Shown: piece after piece, positions 20,855 to 31,621 of the stretch
How the letters are laid out: each line of letters begins with the position of its first letter
Numbering within the stretch: the stretch's first letter is position 1
Source: Exceevirus Xc38
Lineage: Duplodnaviria > Heunggongvirae > Uroviricota > Caudoviricetes > Schitoviridae
DNA: 64,000 nucleotides
IMG/VR virus record: IMGVR_UViG_2974723840_000001
Coordinates: 15,329 to 79,328 of that record
Reading direction: 5' to 3' (one strand)
Notes under the pieces: generated by a model
What the model was told of the DNA's origin: nothing
Databases searched by the model: none
Seen by the model: the letters and a program-made list of their open reading frames with translations, nothing else
Program-made: the position numbers and the translations under genes

Positions 20855-22838
20855 AACTTACACATGCAGTGAATAAGTCTGCACGGTTATAATCAACCGT
20901 ATCTTCTGATTTGGTTTCCTTAGCAAAGGCATTAGATGATGCCAAAGCTTTCGTACGAATGTAGTAGCGAGACTTACAGCCTTTCTTCCACATTTGGAAA
21001 TGCACAGCATTCACGTATGTACGAGGTACACCCGGTAAGAAGAATAAGTTAGTAGAGATAGCTTGACATACAAACTGTTGGGCACATGCTACATGTTCAA
21101 CAATCCACATCTGATCAATCTCAAATGCTGTACGTAGAACTTTCTTCTCATGAGCTGACAAGAAGTCTAAGTGCTGAACTGAACCATCGTTATCAACGAT
21201 AGATTTAATTACAGCTGCATTATTCTTACCGTACTTCTCAAGACACTTGAGTAGGTATGGTTCGATCATCTGGAATGTTCCAGAAGTAGTTTGCTGAGGG
21301 TAGATGTTTTGGAATCGTGGTTCACGACTTGGAGTTACACCACCACAGATTAAGCTGTTAGTTGCGGTAGGTGCATCAGCAAGTAAGTGACTATTACGAT
21401 GACCAGACTTCTGCATATCAGGAGCAGGGCCACGTTTAGCACCTAGTTCACAAGTAGCTTCAACAGCTACACCTTTTACCCATTTGGTTACGTTGTATGT
21501 GATGTCTAAAGCTTCACGAGATTCGTAAGGTAGGTCACATAGTTTGAAATAAGAATCCCAACCCATAGAACCAAGACCTACAGCTCGTTCTTGCTTAGCA
21601 GAGAATACTGCTTTACGTAAACCCATGAATCGCTCTTCAACAATGTTGAGACAGATTGCTTCTACTTCTGTGTCACTGAGCATAACGCCAGTAGCATCGA
21701 AGTGTGATGTACGTAATGACTTAGCTAACTCTTCCCATGGGAAGTCTTTGGTACAAGACCAGATAGCATTCTGAATGAAGTACTCAAGTACGTTATCCAA
21801 GAACTCAATCATGTCTTTAATGAACTGGCGGTTACCCTTCCACTCATTATAAGTAAGCATGTTGTATGAGCTTAGACAGCATACTGCTGTACGTTCTTCA
21901 TTGTTTGCTAACGTAATTTCTGTACAGATATTCACGTTGTTAAAGCGTAGACCTAGTGCTACTTGCTCTTTTGGTAGAGCACGCTGACATGTATCTTCAA
22001 AGACGATAAATGGACAGCCTGTTTCAAAAGGTAATTCAAGGATTAGTTCCCATAGATAGCGAGCACTAATTACATCCTTGGTTACGCCTTTATGGTCAAC
22101 AAGATGCCACTCTTCATCATTAAGTACTGCATGCATAAACTTGTCAGTAATCTTAATGGCTTGGAAGATGTTACGGCTACGCTTGTTTGGATCACCAGAC
22201 ATCTTACGAGATTCAACGAACTCTACGACTTCTGGATGGTCACAACGGATGTTTCCACCATATACAGCACGGCGGTTAGAACCTTGATGCGCTGCAGTGA
22301 CCATAGAATCCTCTACGTGGTAGAAAGGAACTAAACCTCCTGATACTCCACCTGTAGATGTTTTCGAGCCACTAGGACGCAATGGTGACCAATCAGCTGC
22401 ATATCCACCACCATTAGATGCAATCCATAAAGATTCACTAAGATGGTCTGCAATACCTACACGACTATCAGGTACATAACCTGTGTAGCATGAAATAGGT
22501 AATGGGCCGTATACAGACTCGTATGCATGATGACTAAAGTTCTTAGCCATGTCGTTATAGAACTTAATACGTACTGGTGCGTTGGCTAGAACAGGTGATG
22601 CAGGCCCGGCCCAGTGGCGTTTGAAATAACCGTACATACGGAGGGCATGAGCTTCATTACTAGCAAACGCAGTTGCACAACGCATGTATGCGTCTTGAGG
22701 AGATTTTTCATTTTGTACCAAGTAACGATCTTTTACTGTTTCACGACCTGCTTCAACCATGTGGTTATCAGCAGTGTAATCAATATGTTCAGATAGTAGA
22801 CGTTTAGGGAGTGGTGCATTAATAGAAGGACGAATCAT
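20844..22838 (-). CDS. nrdA: Ribonucleotide reductase class Ia large subunit (NrdA).
   Basis: NVNICTEI (NxCxE active-site loop) is present. A GGG...SNRRA segment and C-terminal Cys pair TACVSCEG match E. coli NrdA CxxxxC. The start is reassigned to the ATG at 22838 with the RBS AGGAAATAAAA; the track start at 22937 overlaps thyX. Confidence 0.8.
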   Translation of the reverse strand: MIRPSINAPLPKRLLSEHIDYTADNHMVEAGRETVKDRYLVQNEKSPQDAYMRCATAFASNEAHALRMYGYFKRHWAGPASPVLANAPVRIKFYNDMAKNFSHHAYESVYGPLPISCYTGYVPDSRVGIADHLSESLWIASNGGGYAADWSPLRPSGSKTSTGGVSGGLVPFYHVEDSMVTAAHQGSNRRAVYGGNIRCDHPEVVEFVESRKMSGDPNKRSRNIFQAIKITDKFMHAVLNDEEWHLVDHKGVTKDVISARYLWELILELPFETGCPFIVFEDTCQRALPKEQVALGLRFNNVNICTEITLANNEERTAVCCLSSYNMLTYNEWKGNRQFIKDMIEFLDNVLEYFIQNAIWSCTKDFPWEELAKSLRTSHFDATGVMLSDTEVEAICLNIVEERFMGLRKAVFSAKQERAVGLGSMGWDSYFKLCDLPYESREALDITYNVTKWVKGVAVEATCELGAKRGPAPDMQKSGHRNSHLLADAPTATNSLICGGVTPSREPRFQNIYPQQTTSGTFQMIEPYLLKCLEKYGKNNAAVIKSIVDNDGSVQHLDFLSAHEKKVLRTAFEIDQMWIVEHVACAQQFVCQAISTNLFFLPGVPRTYVNAVHFQMWKKGCKSRYYIRTKALASSNAFAKETKSEDTVDYNRADLFTACVSCEG

Positions 22839-22869
22839 TTTTATTTCCTGTATTAGAGGGAGCGGGATG

Positions 22870-23499
22870 TTACCAGTTAAGAGCCTTAGCCACAATCGGA
22901 AGATTGTTAACGAAGACTTCTTTAGCAGCTTCCGCAATCATCATGTGTTCCTTCTGTGTACCGTTACCACTACGTAGTTGAATGTAGTGAATCCATTGAC
23001 GTACGTTACCAGACATATAAATTTTAGTACCTGTATTGAGAGGTAACACTTTACGAGCACATTCTTTAGCTACGCCCTTTTCAAGCATAGACTCATAAAT
23101 GCTTTGTGCTTCCTGAAAATGCTGTTCAATTTGGCGTTCAAAGTCTGCCATCCATACTAAGTCTTCTTCAGAAGGCTCAATAGAGTTCTGGCGGTTCTTG
23201 CTATCCTGTAAACGTAATTCAGGTACTTCTGCTACTTCAGTTACTGCAGCGTAACGCTGACTAAACTCTTGGAAATAGAAACTACGGTGACGTAGGATTT
23301 GTGCTCCTATGTCGCGTGTAGTATCAATTTCAAGTGTCATGAAGGCATGTTCAAATACAGACCAATGTGCATGATTAATGCAGTAACGTAGCAGCCCTGC
23401 TACATCTTCATTGTTTTGGTTTGCTGGATTTGAAACACGGGCAATATAGCCCATTAGTTTTTCAGCATTAGTACTAATACTGATAAGTTCTACTGACAT
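22870..23499 (-). CDS. thyX: Flavin-dependent thymidylate synthase (ThyX).
   Basis: The ThyX signature RHRSFYFQEFSQRY (RHRx7S) is present. Confidence 0.8.
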   Translation of the reverse strand: MSVELISISTNAEKLMGYIARVSNPANQNNEDVAGLLRYCINHAHWSVFEHAFMTLEIDTTRDIGAQILRHRSFYFQEFSQRYAAVTEVAEVPELRLQDSKNRQNSIEPSEEDLVWMADFERQIEQHFQEAQSIYESMLEKGVAKECARKVLPLNTGTKIYMSGNVRQWIHYIQLRSGNGTQKEHMMIAEAAKEVFVNNLPIVAKALNW

Positions 23500-23502
23500 A
23501 AT

Positions 23503-23751
23503 TTATTCCTGATCAGGGTTAAATTTAATTTGCTGTGCTACATAGGCTCGATACTCTGTACCGAGGATTAACACCGTACCGTGGGCTGTAGCTTCCACTG
23601 GTGTTTCTGGTTCCCACTCTGCATACAATGAACCATCATCGTATTCTACAGAGCAGTGATCTTCATCGTCATACCACTGTGGGTACAGTAATAAACCAGA
23701 AGGTTCAGATACTAGATAATCACATTGATCGAGTAGCTCTTTTACATTCAT
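23503..23751 (-). CDS. Hypothetical acidic protein, 82 aa; first gene of the minus-strand block.
   Basis: ORF with the RBS AGGAAAAAGC. Transcribed divergently from the fibre gene. Confidence 0.45.
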   Translation of the reverse strand: MNVKELLDQCDYLVSEPSGLLLYPQWYDDEDHCSVEYDDGSLYAEWEPETPVEATAHGTVLILGTEYRAYVAQQIKFNPDQE

Positions 23752-23780
23752 AGCTTTTTCCTAATTATTAAAGTCAAAAG

Positions 23781-26700
23781 ATGGCAGGGACTGCCAAACC
23801 CAAGGACTATGTGTATAATCAGCTGCATGATTATGAGGTAACTATTATGACTAATTTATCCCCACAAGACGTAGATACTCGCTTAACTGAGACTCGTGAA
23901 GAGTTTTCAGCTGAGCATGATCGTCTATGGAATAGTTTGGATGATGAACGCATCTCTCGTATTGCAGGGGATGAGACTAACGCTCAGTCACTACAACAGA
24001 ACGTAGATGCTTTGTTGTCTAACGAATCACGATTGTCTACAGAAGTAGTACAACGTGAAGAAGGTGATTTAAGAAATATTAAATCATTAACTGAATTAGC
24101 GAAAGCTCTTTCGGATTATCGGATTAAAACTGATTTAGAAATTAACAATGAAAAGATTGCTAGAGAACAACTGGGTATTGATTTAAATACCCGTGTAGAT
24201 AACTTCATCTCTACTTTTGATCATAAGTTTCTATTGGTTTATCAAACAATTGAAAATCTTCGTATAGAAACACACTCATCTTTATCTTTGTTTGATGAGC
24301 GCATCAAGAAGTACGAAGAAATGCTTCAGGATATTACTACAGACTCAATTCAGATCACTATGGATAATGGTGAGATCAATATGGGTGCTTGGACAATTCT
24401 GTCTCAGGCTCGTCAATGGGACTTGGAAATCCTAGGCAAGTTTAAGGACTACCAGACTTCTACAAACCAGGATATTGAAGACGCTCTTAAAGATATTCAG
24501 GATAACCTGCCTATTGAACAGGATATTATTGATAAAGCAATTGATGCCTTGTCTAACGCTACTGTTATTCAGGAGTTGGATAATAAGATTACAGGTAACA
24601 TAGGAACTACTAACTTACTGTATGAAGCATTAATTAAAGAAGCCTCTGACCGTCAAAATGAGATGATTCTATACTCACAAACTATCGCTAATGAATTACA
24701 GGCAAATCAAGATGCCTTGTTAGCAGAAGTAAGAAGTGAGTCAGAAGCACGTGTTGATGCTTTACAGCGTGAAGCTTCTATTAGACAGCAAGAGCTGCTT
24801 AATGAAGCACTAGAGCGCTCTGCAGAAATTGATGAGCGTATCAAAGATATCGAAGGTGGTGTAACTACTGACTTAACAGAAGCTTATCGCCGTATCGATG
24901 AAGTAAACGAAAAGGCTGAAAACTATAAAGCAGATTCTGATCGTAAACTTCAAGAATTAAATGATGAAGCAGATCAGATCCACTCTGACATATCTGCTGA
25001 ACAAGATGCTCGTATTGCAGCTATTAAGAAAGTAGAAGATGGTTTAACACAAGAAATTGCCTTCCGTAAGGAAGGTGATAATGCTTCTATGCTTGCCATT
25101 GATAACTATAAGACATCTAACGATTTAGCTCTTGCTAACGTACGAGAAGAGTTGGCTACTAACGTTACAGCTACTACAGCTAACGCTACAGCTATTCAAG
25201 CTTTGGATACTCAATTAGTTATTGTAGGTGATGAAGCTACTGCTGCCAAAAATTTAGCTGCTAGTGCTACTCAGAAAGCAGAAACTGCTCTTAATGAGAC
25301 TTCTTCATTAGCTTCTCAGATGACTACTGTTAATGCTTCTATTGATGGTATTCAGAATGATTTAGCTGATAAAGCGGATGCTGCAGCGTTTAACAATTTA
25401 AAAGCGCAAGTGACAGATCTTGATGGTGTAGTACAAACCACAGCTTCAGATGTTACTGCCCTTAAGACGCAGGTATCAGATATTGATAGTACAGTCACTG
25501 GTCAGGCTTCTGCTATTTCAGAACTTAATAGTACTCAAACTGCACATGGTGAAAATCTAACTCAGCTAAATAACAGCACTACTGCCTTAAGATCTGAACT
25601 TGATATTGTTAAAGAAGACATGTCTCAGAAGGTAGGTGTAACTGCATTTAATGAGCTTAAAACAGAAGTAGATAGGCATGATAATAGCATCACTGTTATA
25701 TCTCAGGATGTTACTAATCTAAGTGCTAGCCTTGATACTGTTACTGCAACTTTAGAGACTAAAGCAGAAGCAGGTGCTGTATCTGCACTACAATCTAAAG
25801 TCGAATCCATTGATGGTAAAGTAGTATCTAACTCAGAGTCTATTCTTAGATTAGATGGGCAAGTAGCTACTATTGAAGAGGGCTTAAATAATAAGCTAGA
25901 CGCTTCTGTTATTCAGTCTTACTACACTAAGGTGGAGACTGATCAAGTAGTAGCAGGGGAGATTTCTGAGTACGATACAAACTTGTATATTGGTGGGCAG
26001 AACCTTTGGTCTGTTGTAGATAATCCGCTAGTTAATGTAAACGGTACATCAACTAAATCGGTAATAAACAGTGCTGAGGAGCACTACCGTACTACGGTAA
26101 ATACTTTTAATGCTTCTAGTGTATGTCAAGCAGTGATACATAATGCACTTGTAGATACTGGTTATATTTTTAAACAAGGTGATGACTTCACTTTATCTTT
26201 TGAAGTAAGAGCTGTACGTAACTCTAAAATAGCTTCTTTGTATTTTTATATGGGTGGTCAAGGAGTTAACCTTGTTAATAACCAAAATGTAACTACTGAT
26301 TGGGTACGCGTAGTATTGCCAGTAAAAGCTAATGGAATACTTACATCTAATGATTCTCAGATGTTTGGTACTAGCCTACGATCCTCTGATGGGTGGGCAG
26401 TTAATGACTGGATTGAGTTTCGTCATGTACAGCTGCAACGTGGTAAAAAGGCTACTGAATATCAGAAGGCTTCAGCTAAAATTCTACAAACAGCTACTGC
26501 TAATGCTACTGCAATTAGCGGTATTAAATCCTCTATTGAAAACCTAGATGGTCGTATTACGTCTAACAGTAATAGCATTACTAGTCTCAGCAATGATGTC
26601 ACTCAGATTAATAATGAACTATCTACTAAAGCTAGTTCTGATGCTTTAAATGATCTTAAATCTACTGTTGAAGTTATGGATGGAAAGGTTACATCTAACG

Positions 26701-29700
26701 CTCAGAATGTAGTTCAGTTAACTAACGATGTTACTCAAATTAAAGGTGATATTCAGAACATGGCTACATCTAGTGCTTTAGAAGCATTGGATAGTCGTGT
26801 AGTAACTGCAGAAGGTAAGCTTGAATCTCAACAGTCTTCTATTACTAAGCTACAAGGTGACTTGGCAACTACTGCTTCTGATGTTAGTAAGAAAGCAGAT
26901 GCTTCAGCATTGAATGCCTTAGATCAACGTGTTGTTCAAACAGAAGCTAAAGTTGTTTCACAAGGTACTTCAATAACAAACCTTCAAAATAATGTCTCTA
27001 CTCTTAATAGTGAACTTGCAAAGAAAGCAGATTCAAGTGCCCTTACTTCTTTAAGCTCCCGTGTATCTGCTAATGAAGATAGTATTACATCCCAAGGAAG
27101 TACCCTTACTAGTTTGCAAAACTCTATAAGCAGTGTTGGGGTAAACTTAGTTGCTCTTGCTGATCAGTTAAAAACTGTATCAATGACTTCAACTGCAGGC
27201 GAAAGCTATATCACTTGGTCTTTAACAGATCCTGCGCTTAAACCAGACACTTTCTACACTTTGTCATTTTGGGCATTACGCACCCCTAACGTAAAGAGCG
27301 TTGAATCCTTCTTAATTGCTAGTAGTGGTGCACATCACAAATCAAGTTATGTGACAGTTGGGACAACGAATCTTGTTCGATATTCAGTAACATTTAAAAC
27401 CAATGCTAATGCTACTGGTGTTACTTATTCACTACGCTTTGATCTTAACGGTTCTAGTGATGGCAATAATGCGACATTAACAGTTCAGAAACCTCAGCTA
27501 GAGGAAGGACAAGTTGTAACGTACTGGAAACCATCTACTTACGATAAAGCAGATGCCAGTGCGCTAAGCACCCTTCAAAACACAGTTACGCAACAAGGTA
27601 ATGCGTTAACTTCAAATAGTAATGCTATTACTACCTTACAAAATAACGTGAGTACCCTTAACGACTCTTTAGCAACTAAAGCTGATGCATCTGCATTAAG
27701 CATATTAGATTCTAAGGTTGTTGCTATTGATGGTAAAGTTACGTCTAATACCGCATCTCTTACTGCGTTAAGTAATGCAGTAACCAACGGTAGTAATAAC
27801 TTATTATTTAATACCTTGTATAACAACTTATCCTATATATTAGCTAATGGTAACCATAGTGTAGCAATAGACAGTGCAACGTATGCGCGATCTAAGGTTT
27901 TAAAGATTACTGCTACAGGCCCTGGGCAAGATGGTGTACATCAGGCTCTAATGACTGCAAGTGTTGCTACTGTTCCTAGTGCTACTGATCCTCTTGTCTT
28001 ATCGTTTTTTGCAAAAGCAGATACCTCAGTATCTGTTAGGATTCAGCTTTTTGGTGGTGTTGGTCTTCAAAGTATTGCATTAACTAATACATGGACAAAG
28101 TACACTATCTCTACTCTAAGAAAGACAGCAGCGCATCTAGATACAACTACTTTGTATTTATCGTTGCTTTCTGCAGGTGTTGCATATTTTACTAATGTTC
28201 AGTTAGAGAGAGGAACAATACCAACTTCATATTCAGCAGCTTCTACTGAAACAGGTAATTTAATTGCTGCAAACTCTACTGCACTTTCTTCTTTAAGCTC
28301 TACTGTTACTCAGCACGGGAACGCATTAACAAGCCAAGGTAATTCTATTACCTCTCTTAATAATAGTCTGGTAATTACAAACAGTAATGTAGAGAAAGCA
28401 CAGAATACTGCTAATAATGCAGCAGCAGCAGCAGCTACAGCTCAAAATACGGCAGATACAAAAGCAGACGCTTCAGCCTTTAATGCCTTGTCTAATGCTG
28501 TGTCAAATCAAGGTGATACTATATCTTCACAGGGTAGTGCTATTACAGCGTTGAATAACACATTGAATAGCTTATCAGTTGGTTCAACTAACTTATTACC
28601 TGGCACTGACTTATCTACTCATACGAGTAAAGATGGTACTTTTAAGAGTGGTAATATGATTTCAGCTACTGCTACAACAGCAGGTAGTGTTGATATGCTT
28701 GCACTTAAATCTACTGTTGAACTGCTTGCTGGAGAATATGTAGTAAGTTTCTGGGCTAAAGCAGAAACTGCAGGTACTCAGTTTGGTGTTTATTTTTATA
28801 ATCCAAATACCACAGTATCTGGAGTAGGGTCAAATGGGGCATCATCAAGCCGTGCTGATGGGCAGATTATATTTACTCTGACTACCGTAATGACTAAGTA
28901 CTTTGTTAAGTATAAGCAGTCAGGTAATACATCTAAAAAAGATGTGTTATTCCGTATTCAGGCTCCAGCATCAGGAACCAATAAAGTATGGTTAGCCTTA
29001 CCTCAGTTGGAGGAAGGCAATGTTGTTACTGACTGGTCTCCTTCAACTAATGATATTGCTTCTTCTGCTGCAGTTAATTCATTGTCTTCTACAGTGAAGC
29101 AACAAGGAGATACTATAGTATCTCAAGGTAATTCAATCACTACCTTAAACAACAACATCACTACTATTAATGGGACATTAAGTACAAAGGCAGACTCTAG
29201 TGCCCTAGCTGCTTTAGATGGTCGTGTAACACAGACAGAAAATGGTTTAACTACCACTAACACAGATATTGTAAGACTACAGTCTGCAATCCAGTCACAG
29301 GGTGATGCTCTAAATTTAGACCCAAATTTTAAAGAGGGTCTGAAATTTATAATTACTGGAGAGCTTGCAACTGGCAACTCTGTAGTTGCTGGTAGTTATG
29401 GTGAAAGTGGTGGTTCAGGTTTACGAGTAACTAAAGCTAACGATGCTGGTACTTCAAACACTAATACGTTAGTAAGAGTACCTACTACCGGAGTATGGTT
29501 AAAAGCGGGACGTACTTATCGAGCTACTGTAAGAGCACGTAAGGTATCTGGAACAGCAGGTTTATTGTTACGTTGGATTAGAGCAAGTGATAATGTCGCA
29601 GTAGCAGTAAGGCAAGTAACGGCCACAGATACGACCAATTTTGTTGATTTCTCTTTAGACTATGCACCAACCTCAGATGTATTCGCATGGTTTGGCGTAT

Positions 29701-31220
29701 GGGTGTACCCAAATGCGTGTGTTATCGATTACTCGTCAATTCGTTTAATAGATAGAACCTCTTCTGTAGAAAACAGTGCAACAGCTTCAGCTTTGTCTTC
29801 ACTAACTACACGTGTTTCAGATGTGGAAGGTGTGAACACAAGTCAAAGCAACAGCATTACTTCTCTTAATAATAGTGTAACGGTTATTAGGAGCGACTTA
29901 GATACTAAAGCTAGTAACAGTGCAGTATCTAGTTTAGAAAGTCGCGTTATTGATGCAGAAAATAGTTTAACTAGTCAGAGTACTCAACTAACAACCTTAA
30001 AGTCAGGTATTGATGCTGCAGCTGTTATAGGTACTAACATGCTAATTAACACTGCAGAACCTTCCTCTGCAAATGCGCCCAAAACTTCAGATGGTGTATC
30101 TTCAGTATCTGGTATGCTTGTTAGCTATGGTGTGGACACAGTGTTTACAATTAACAGTACAAGTGCTGAACGCTACTACAGAATGACATCACCAGTTAAT
30201 GCATCTGCTGTCTTAAAACCAGGAAACACTTACACAATAAGTGCTGATATGAGAGGTAATGTCCTACCTGTGAGATGGCGTATTATTAGTTTTGCTAATA
30301 ACGCATGGGCTGATATAGCCGTTAAAGTTCTCAGTACTATTACTAGTAATCAGTACACCAGACAGTCTTGTACTTTTACAATACCAGCAAATGCTACAAA
30401 CCTTATTATGTCTTTTCAGTCAGAGTCAACTGTTGTTGGTAACACTCTGTCAGTAAGACGATTAAAGCTTGAAGCAGGTAGTAATGCTACTTTGTGGGAA
30501 CAACCTACTAGCGAGATTGCAACTACAAAAGCATTGAACCTACTAGATACTAGAGTAGTTAGTATTGATGGTAAGGTTACTTCTCACAGTAGCTCTATAA
30601 CCAGATTAGAAACAGATGTAAGTGATAGCAGTGCTAAGTTAGATGTTGTTGCTGAATCCGTTAATGGTATGTCAGCATCTTACTTTGTTAAGACTGATGT
30701 TGATGGCCTAGTTTCAGGTTTTGGTTTATATAACGATGGCGTTGGTTCTGCGTTTGGTGTAAATGCGGACTACTTTTACATTGGTAGAGGATCTGGCGGT
30801 AAGAAGCCATTTATTGTGACTACTACCCCACAAACTATTGATGGAGTTACATACCCTGTAGGTACATGGATTAGTGTAGCACTTATTGCTAATGCTACTA
30901 TTGGTTCAGCACATATTGCTGATGCAGCAATTACTACAGCTAAGATCGCAAATGCAGCAATTACCAACGCTAAAATTGCTAGCCTAGATGCAGGCAAGAT
31001 TAATACAGGAACTTTAGACGCTGCACGTATTGGGGCTGATTCTATTACTGCAGATAAGCTTCAGGTAGATGAGCTTAGTGCAATCAGTGCTAACTTAGGT
31101 ACTTTGATTACTTATAAAGATCCAAGTCAGCCCCTTAAAGCCCGTATGGTAATACAAGGCAGCTTGATTACCGTGTATGATGACAACAACAAGTTACGTG
31201 TAAGGATGGGATTATGGTAG
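23781..31220 (+). CDS. Giant tail fibre / receptor-binding protein, 2479 aa.
   Basis: N-terminal coiled-coil is followed by tandem SALxxLxxRVxxxEgkvxSQxxxItxLxN segments. These alternate with at least 5 beta-sandwich-like domains, each ending in a QLE[ER]G..T.W/Y motif. The C-terminus has IADAAITTAKIANAAITNAKIA repeats. A better start may be the ATG at 23847 with the RBS GAGGT. Confidence 0.6.
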   Translation: MAGTAKPKDYVYNQLHDYEVTIMTNLSPQDVDTRLTETREEFSAEHDRLWNSLDDERISRIAGDETNAQSLQQNVDALLSNESRLSTEVVQREEGDLRNIKSLTELAKALSDYRIKTDLEINNEKIAREQLGIDLNTRVDNFISTFDHKFLLVYQTIENLRIETHSSLSLFDERIKKYEEMLQDITTDSIQITMDNGEINMGAWTILSQARQWDLEILGKFKDYQTSTNQDIEDALKDIQDNLPIEQDIIDKAIDALSNATVIQELDNKITGNIGTTNLLYEALIKEASDRQNEMILYSQTIANELQANQDALLAEVRSESEARVDALQREASIRQQELLNEALERSAEIDERIKDIEGGVTTDLTEAYRRIDEVNEKAENYKADSDRKLQELNDEADQIHSDISAEQDARIAAIKKVEDGLTQEIAFRKEGDNASMLAIDNYKTSNDLALANVREELATNVTATTANATAIQALDTQLVIVGDEATAAKNLAASATQKAETALNETSSLASQMTTVNASIDGIQNDLADKADAAAFNNLKAQVTDLDGVVQTTASDVTALKTQVSDIDSTVTGQASAISELNSTQTAHGENLTQLNNSTTALRSELDIVKEDMSQKVGVTAFNELKTEVDRHDNSITVISQDVTNLSASLDTVTATLETKAEAGAVSALQSKVESIDGKVVSNSESILRLDGQVATIEEGLNNKLDASVIQSYYTKVETDQVVAGEISEYDTNLYIGGQNLWSVVDNPLVNVNGTSTKSVINSAEEHYRTTVNTFNASSVCQAVIHNALVDTGYIFKQGDDFTLSFEVRAVRNSKIASLYFYMGGQGVNLVNNQNVTTDWVRVVLPVKANGILTSNDSQMFGTSLRSSDGWAVNDWIEFRHVQLQRGKKATEYQKASAKILQTATANATAISGIKSSIENLDGRITSNSNSITSLSNDVTQINNELSTKASSDALNDLKSTVEVMDGKVTSNAQNVVQLTNDVTQIKGDIQNMATSSALEALDSRVVTAEGKLESQQSSITKLQGDLATTASDVSKKADASALNALDQRVVQTEAKVVSQGTSITNLQNNVSTLNSELAKKADSSALTSLSSRVSANEDSITSQGSTLTSLQNSISSVGVNLVALADQLKTVSMTSTAGESYITWSLTDPALKPDTFYTLSFWALRTPNVKSVESFLIASSGAHHKSSYVTVGTTNLVRYSVTFKTNANATGVTYSLRFDLNGSSDGNNATLTVQKPQLEEGQVVTYWKPSTYDKADASALSTLQNTVTQQGNALTSNSNAITTLQNNVSTLNDSLATKADASALSILDSKVVAIDGKVTSNTASLTALSNAVTNGSNNLLFNTLYNNLSYILANGNHSVAIDSATYARSKVLKITATGPGQDGVHQALMTASVATVPSATDPLVLSFFAKADTSVSVRIQLFGGVGLQSIALTNTWTKYTISTLRKTAAHLDTTTLYLSLLSAGVAYFTNVQLERGTIPTSYSAASTETGNLIAANSTALSSLSSTVTQHGNALTSQGNSITSLNNSLVITNSNVEKAQNTANNAAAAAATAQNTADTKADASAFNALSNAVSNQGDTISSQGSAITALNNTLNSLSVGSTNLLPGTDLSTHTSKDGTFKSGNMISATATTAGSVDMLALKSTVELLAGEYVVSFWAKAETAGTQFGVYFYNPNTTVSGVGSNGASSSRADGQIIFTLTTVMTKYFVKYKQSGNTSKKDVLFRIQAPASGTNKVWLALPQLEEGNVVTDWSPSTNDIASSAAVNSLSSTVKQQGDTIVSQGNSITTLNNNITTINGTLSTKADSSALAALDGRVTQTENGLTTTNTDIVRLQSAIQSQGDALNLDPNFKEGLKFIITGELATGNSVVAGSYGESGGSGLRVTKANDAGTSNTNTLVRVPTTGVWLKAGRTYRATVRARKVSGTAGLLLRWIRASDNVAVAVRQVTATDTTNFVDFSLDYAPTSDVFAWFGVWVYPNACVIDYSSIRLIDRTSSVENSATASALSSLTTRVSDVEGVNTSQSNSITSLNNSVTVIRSDLDTKASNSAVSSLESRVIDAENSLTSQSTQLTTLKSGIDAAAVIGTNMLINTAEPSSANAPKTSDGVSSVSGMLVSYGVDTVFTINSTSAERYYRMTSPVNASAVLKPGNTYTISADMRGNVLPVRWRIISFANNAWADIAVKVLSTITSNQYTRQSCTFTIPANATNLIMSFQSESTVVGNTLSVRRLKLEAGSNATLWEQPTSEIATTKALNLLDTRVVSIDGKVTSHSSSITRLETDVSDSSAKLDVVAESVNGMSASYFVKTDVDGLVSGFGLYNDGVGSAFGVNADYFYIGRGSGGKKPFIVTTTPQTIDGVTYPVGTWISVALIANATIGSAHIADAAITTAKIANAAITNAKIASLDAGKINTGTLDAARIGADSITADKLQVDELSAISANLGTLITYKDPSQPLKARMVIQGSLITVYDDNNKLRVRMGLW

Positions 31221-31618
31221 TAACCATTACCATTGTATTAATTTTTATATATGCTCTGTTGATGCTTCGGCATCACAGAGCTAAGGAGATAGATGTGCCA
31301 CAAGGTTTACAAGCTTGGGATGCTGACGGAAAGAACGTAGTTGACCTGACAGATAGACAATTAACACTATTTAAAAGATATGTTCTGCAAAATACAGATA
31401 CTAACGTGTATACCAGAGATTACACATTAGTTGGTATTTCCCCAGAAATTACTGTTGCTTATATTGAGACTAAGCAAATAGGTACTGAAACACAGCGTTT
31501 AGCACGTAAAGATGGCATTGCCGTAACTATTGTCGGTAAAGATACCTTCAGGCTTACGTCTGTATTGCCTCTTTCTACAGCTAATCCTTATATAATTAAC
31601 TTTTACTACTTTAGGTGA
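31214..31618 (+). CDS. Membrane-anchored protein (N-terminal TM); possible fibre accessory protein or holin candidate.
   Basis: Hydrophobic N-terminus MVVTITIVLIFIYALLML. The start overlaps the end of the fibre gene. Confidence 0.4.
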   Translation: MVVTITIVLIFIYALLMLRHHRAKEIDVPQGLQAWDADGKNVVDLTDRQLTLFKRYVLQNTDTNVYTRDYTLVGISPEITVAYIETKQIGTETQRLARKDGIAVTIVGKDTFRLTSVLPLSTANPYIINFYYFR

Positions 31619-31621
31619 TTT

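Noticed and set aside
26332-30997. Small ORFs inside the tail-fibre gene (26332..26547, 27575..27826, 29123..29377, 30776..30997).
   Set aside because: They are embedded in or antisense to the 2479-aa ORF with no independent signals.
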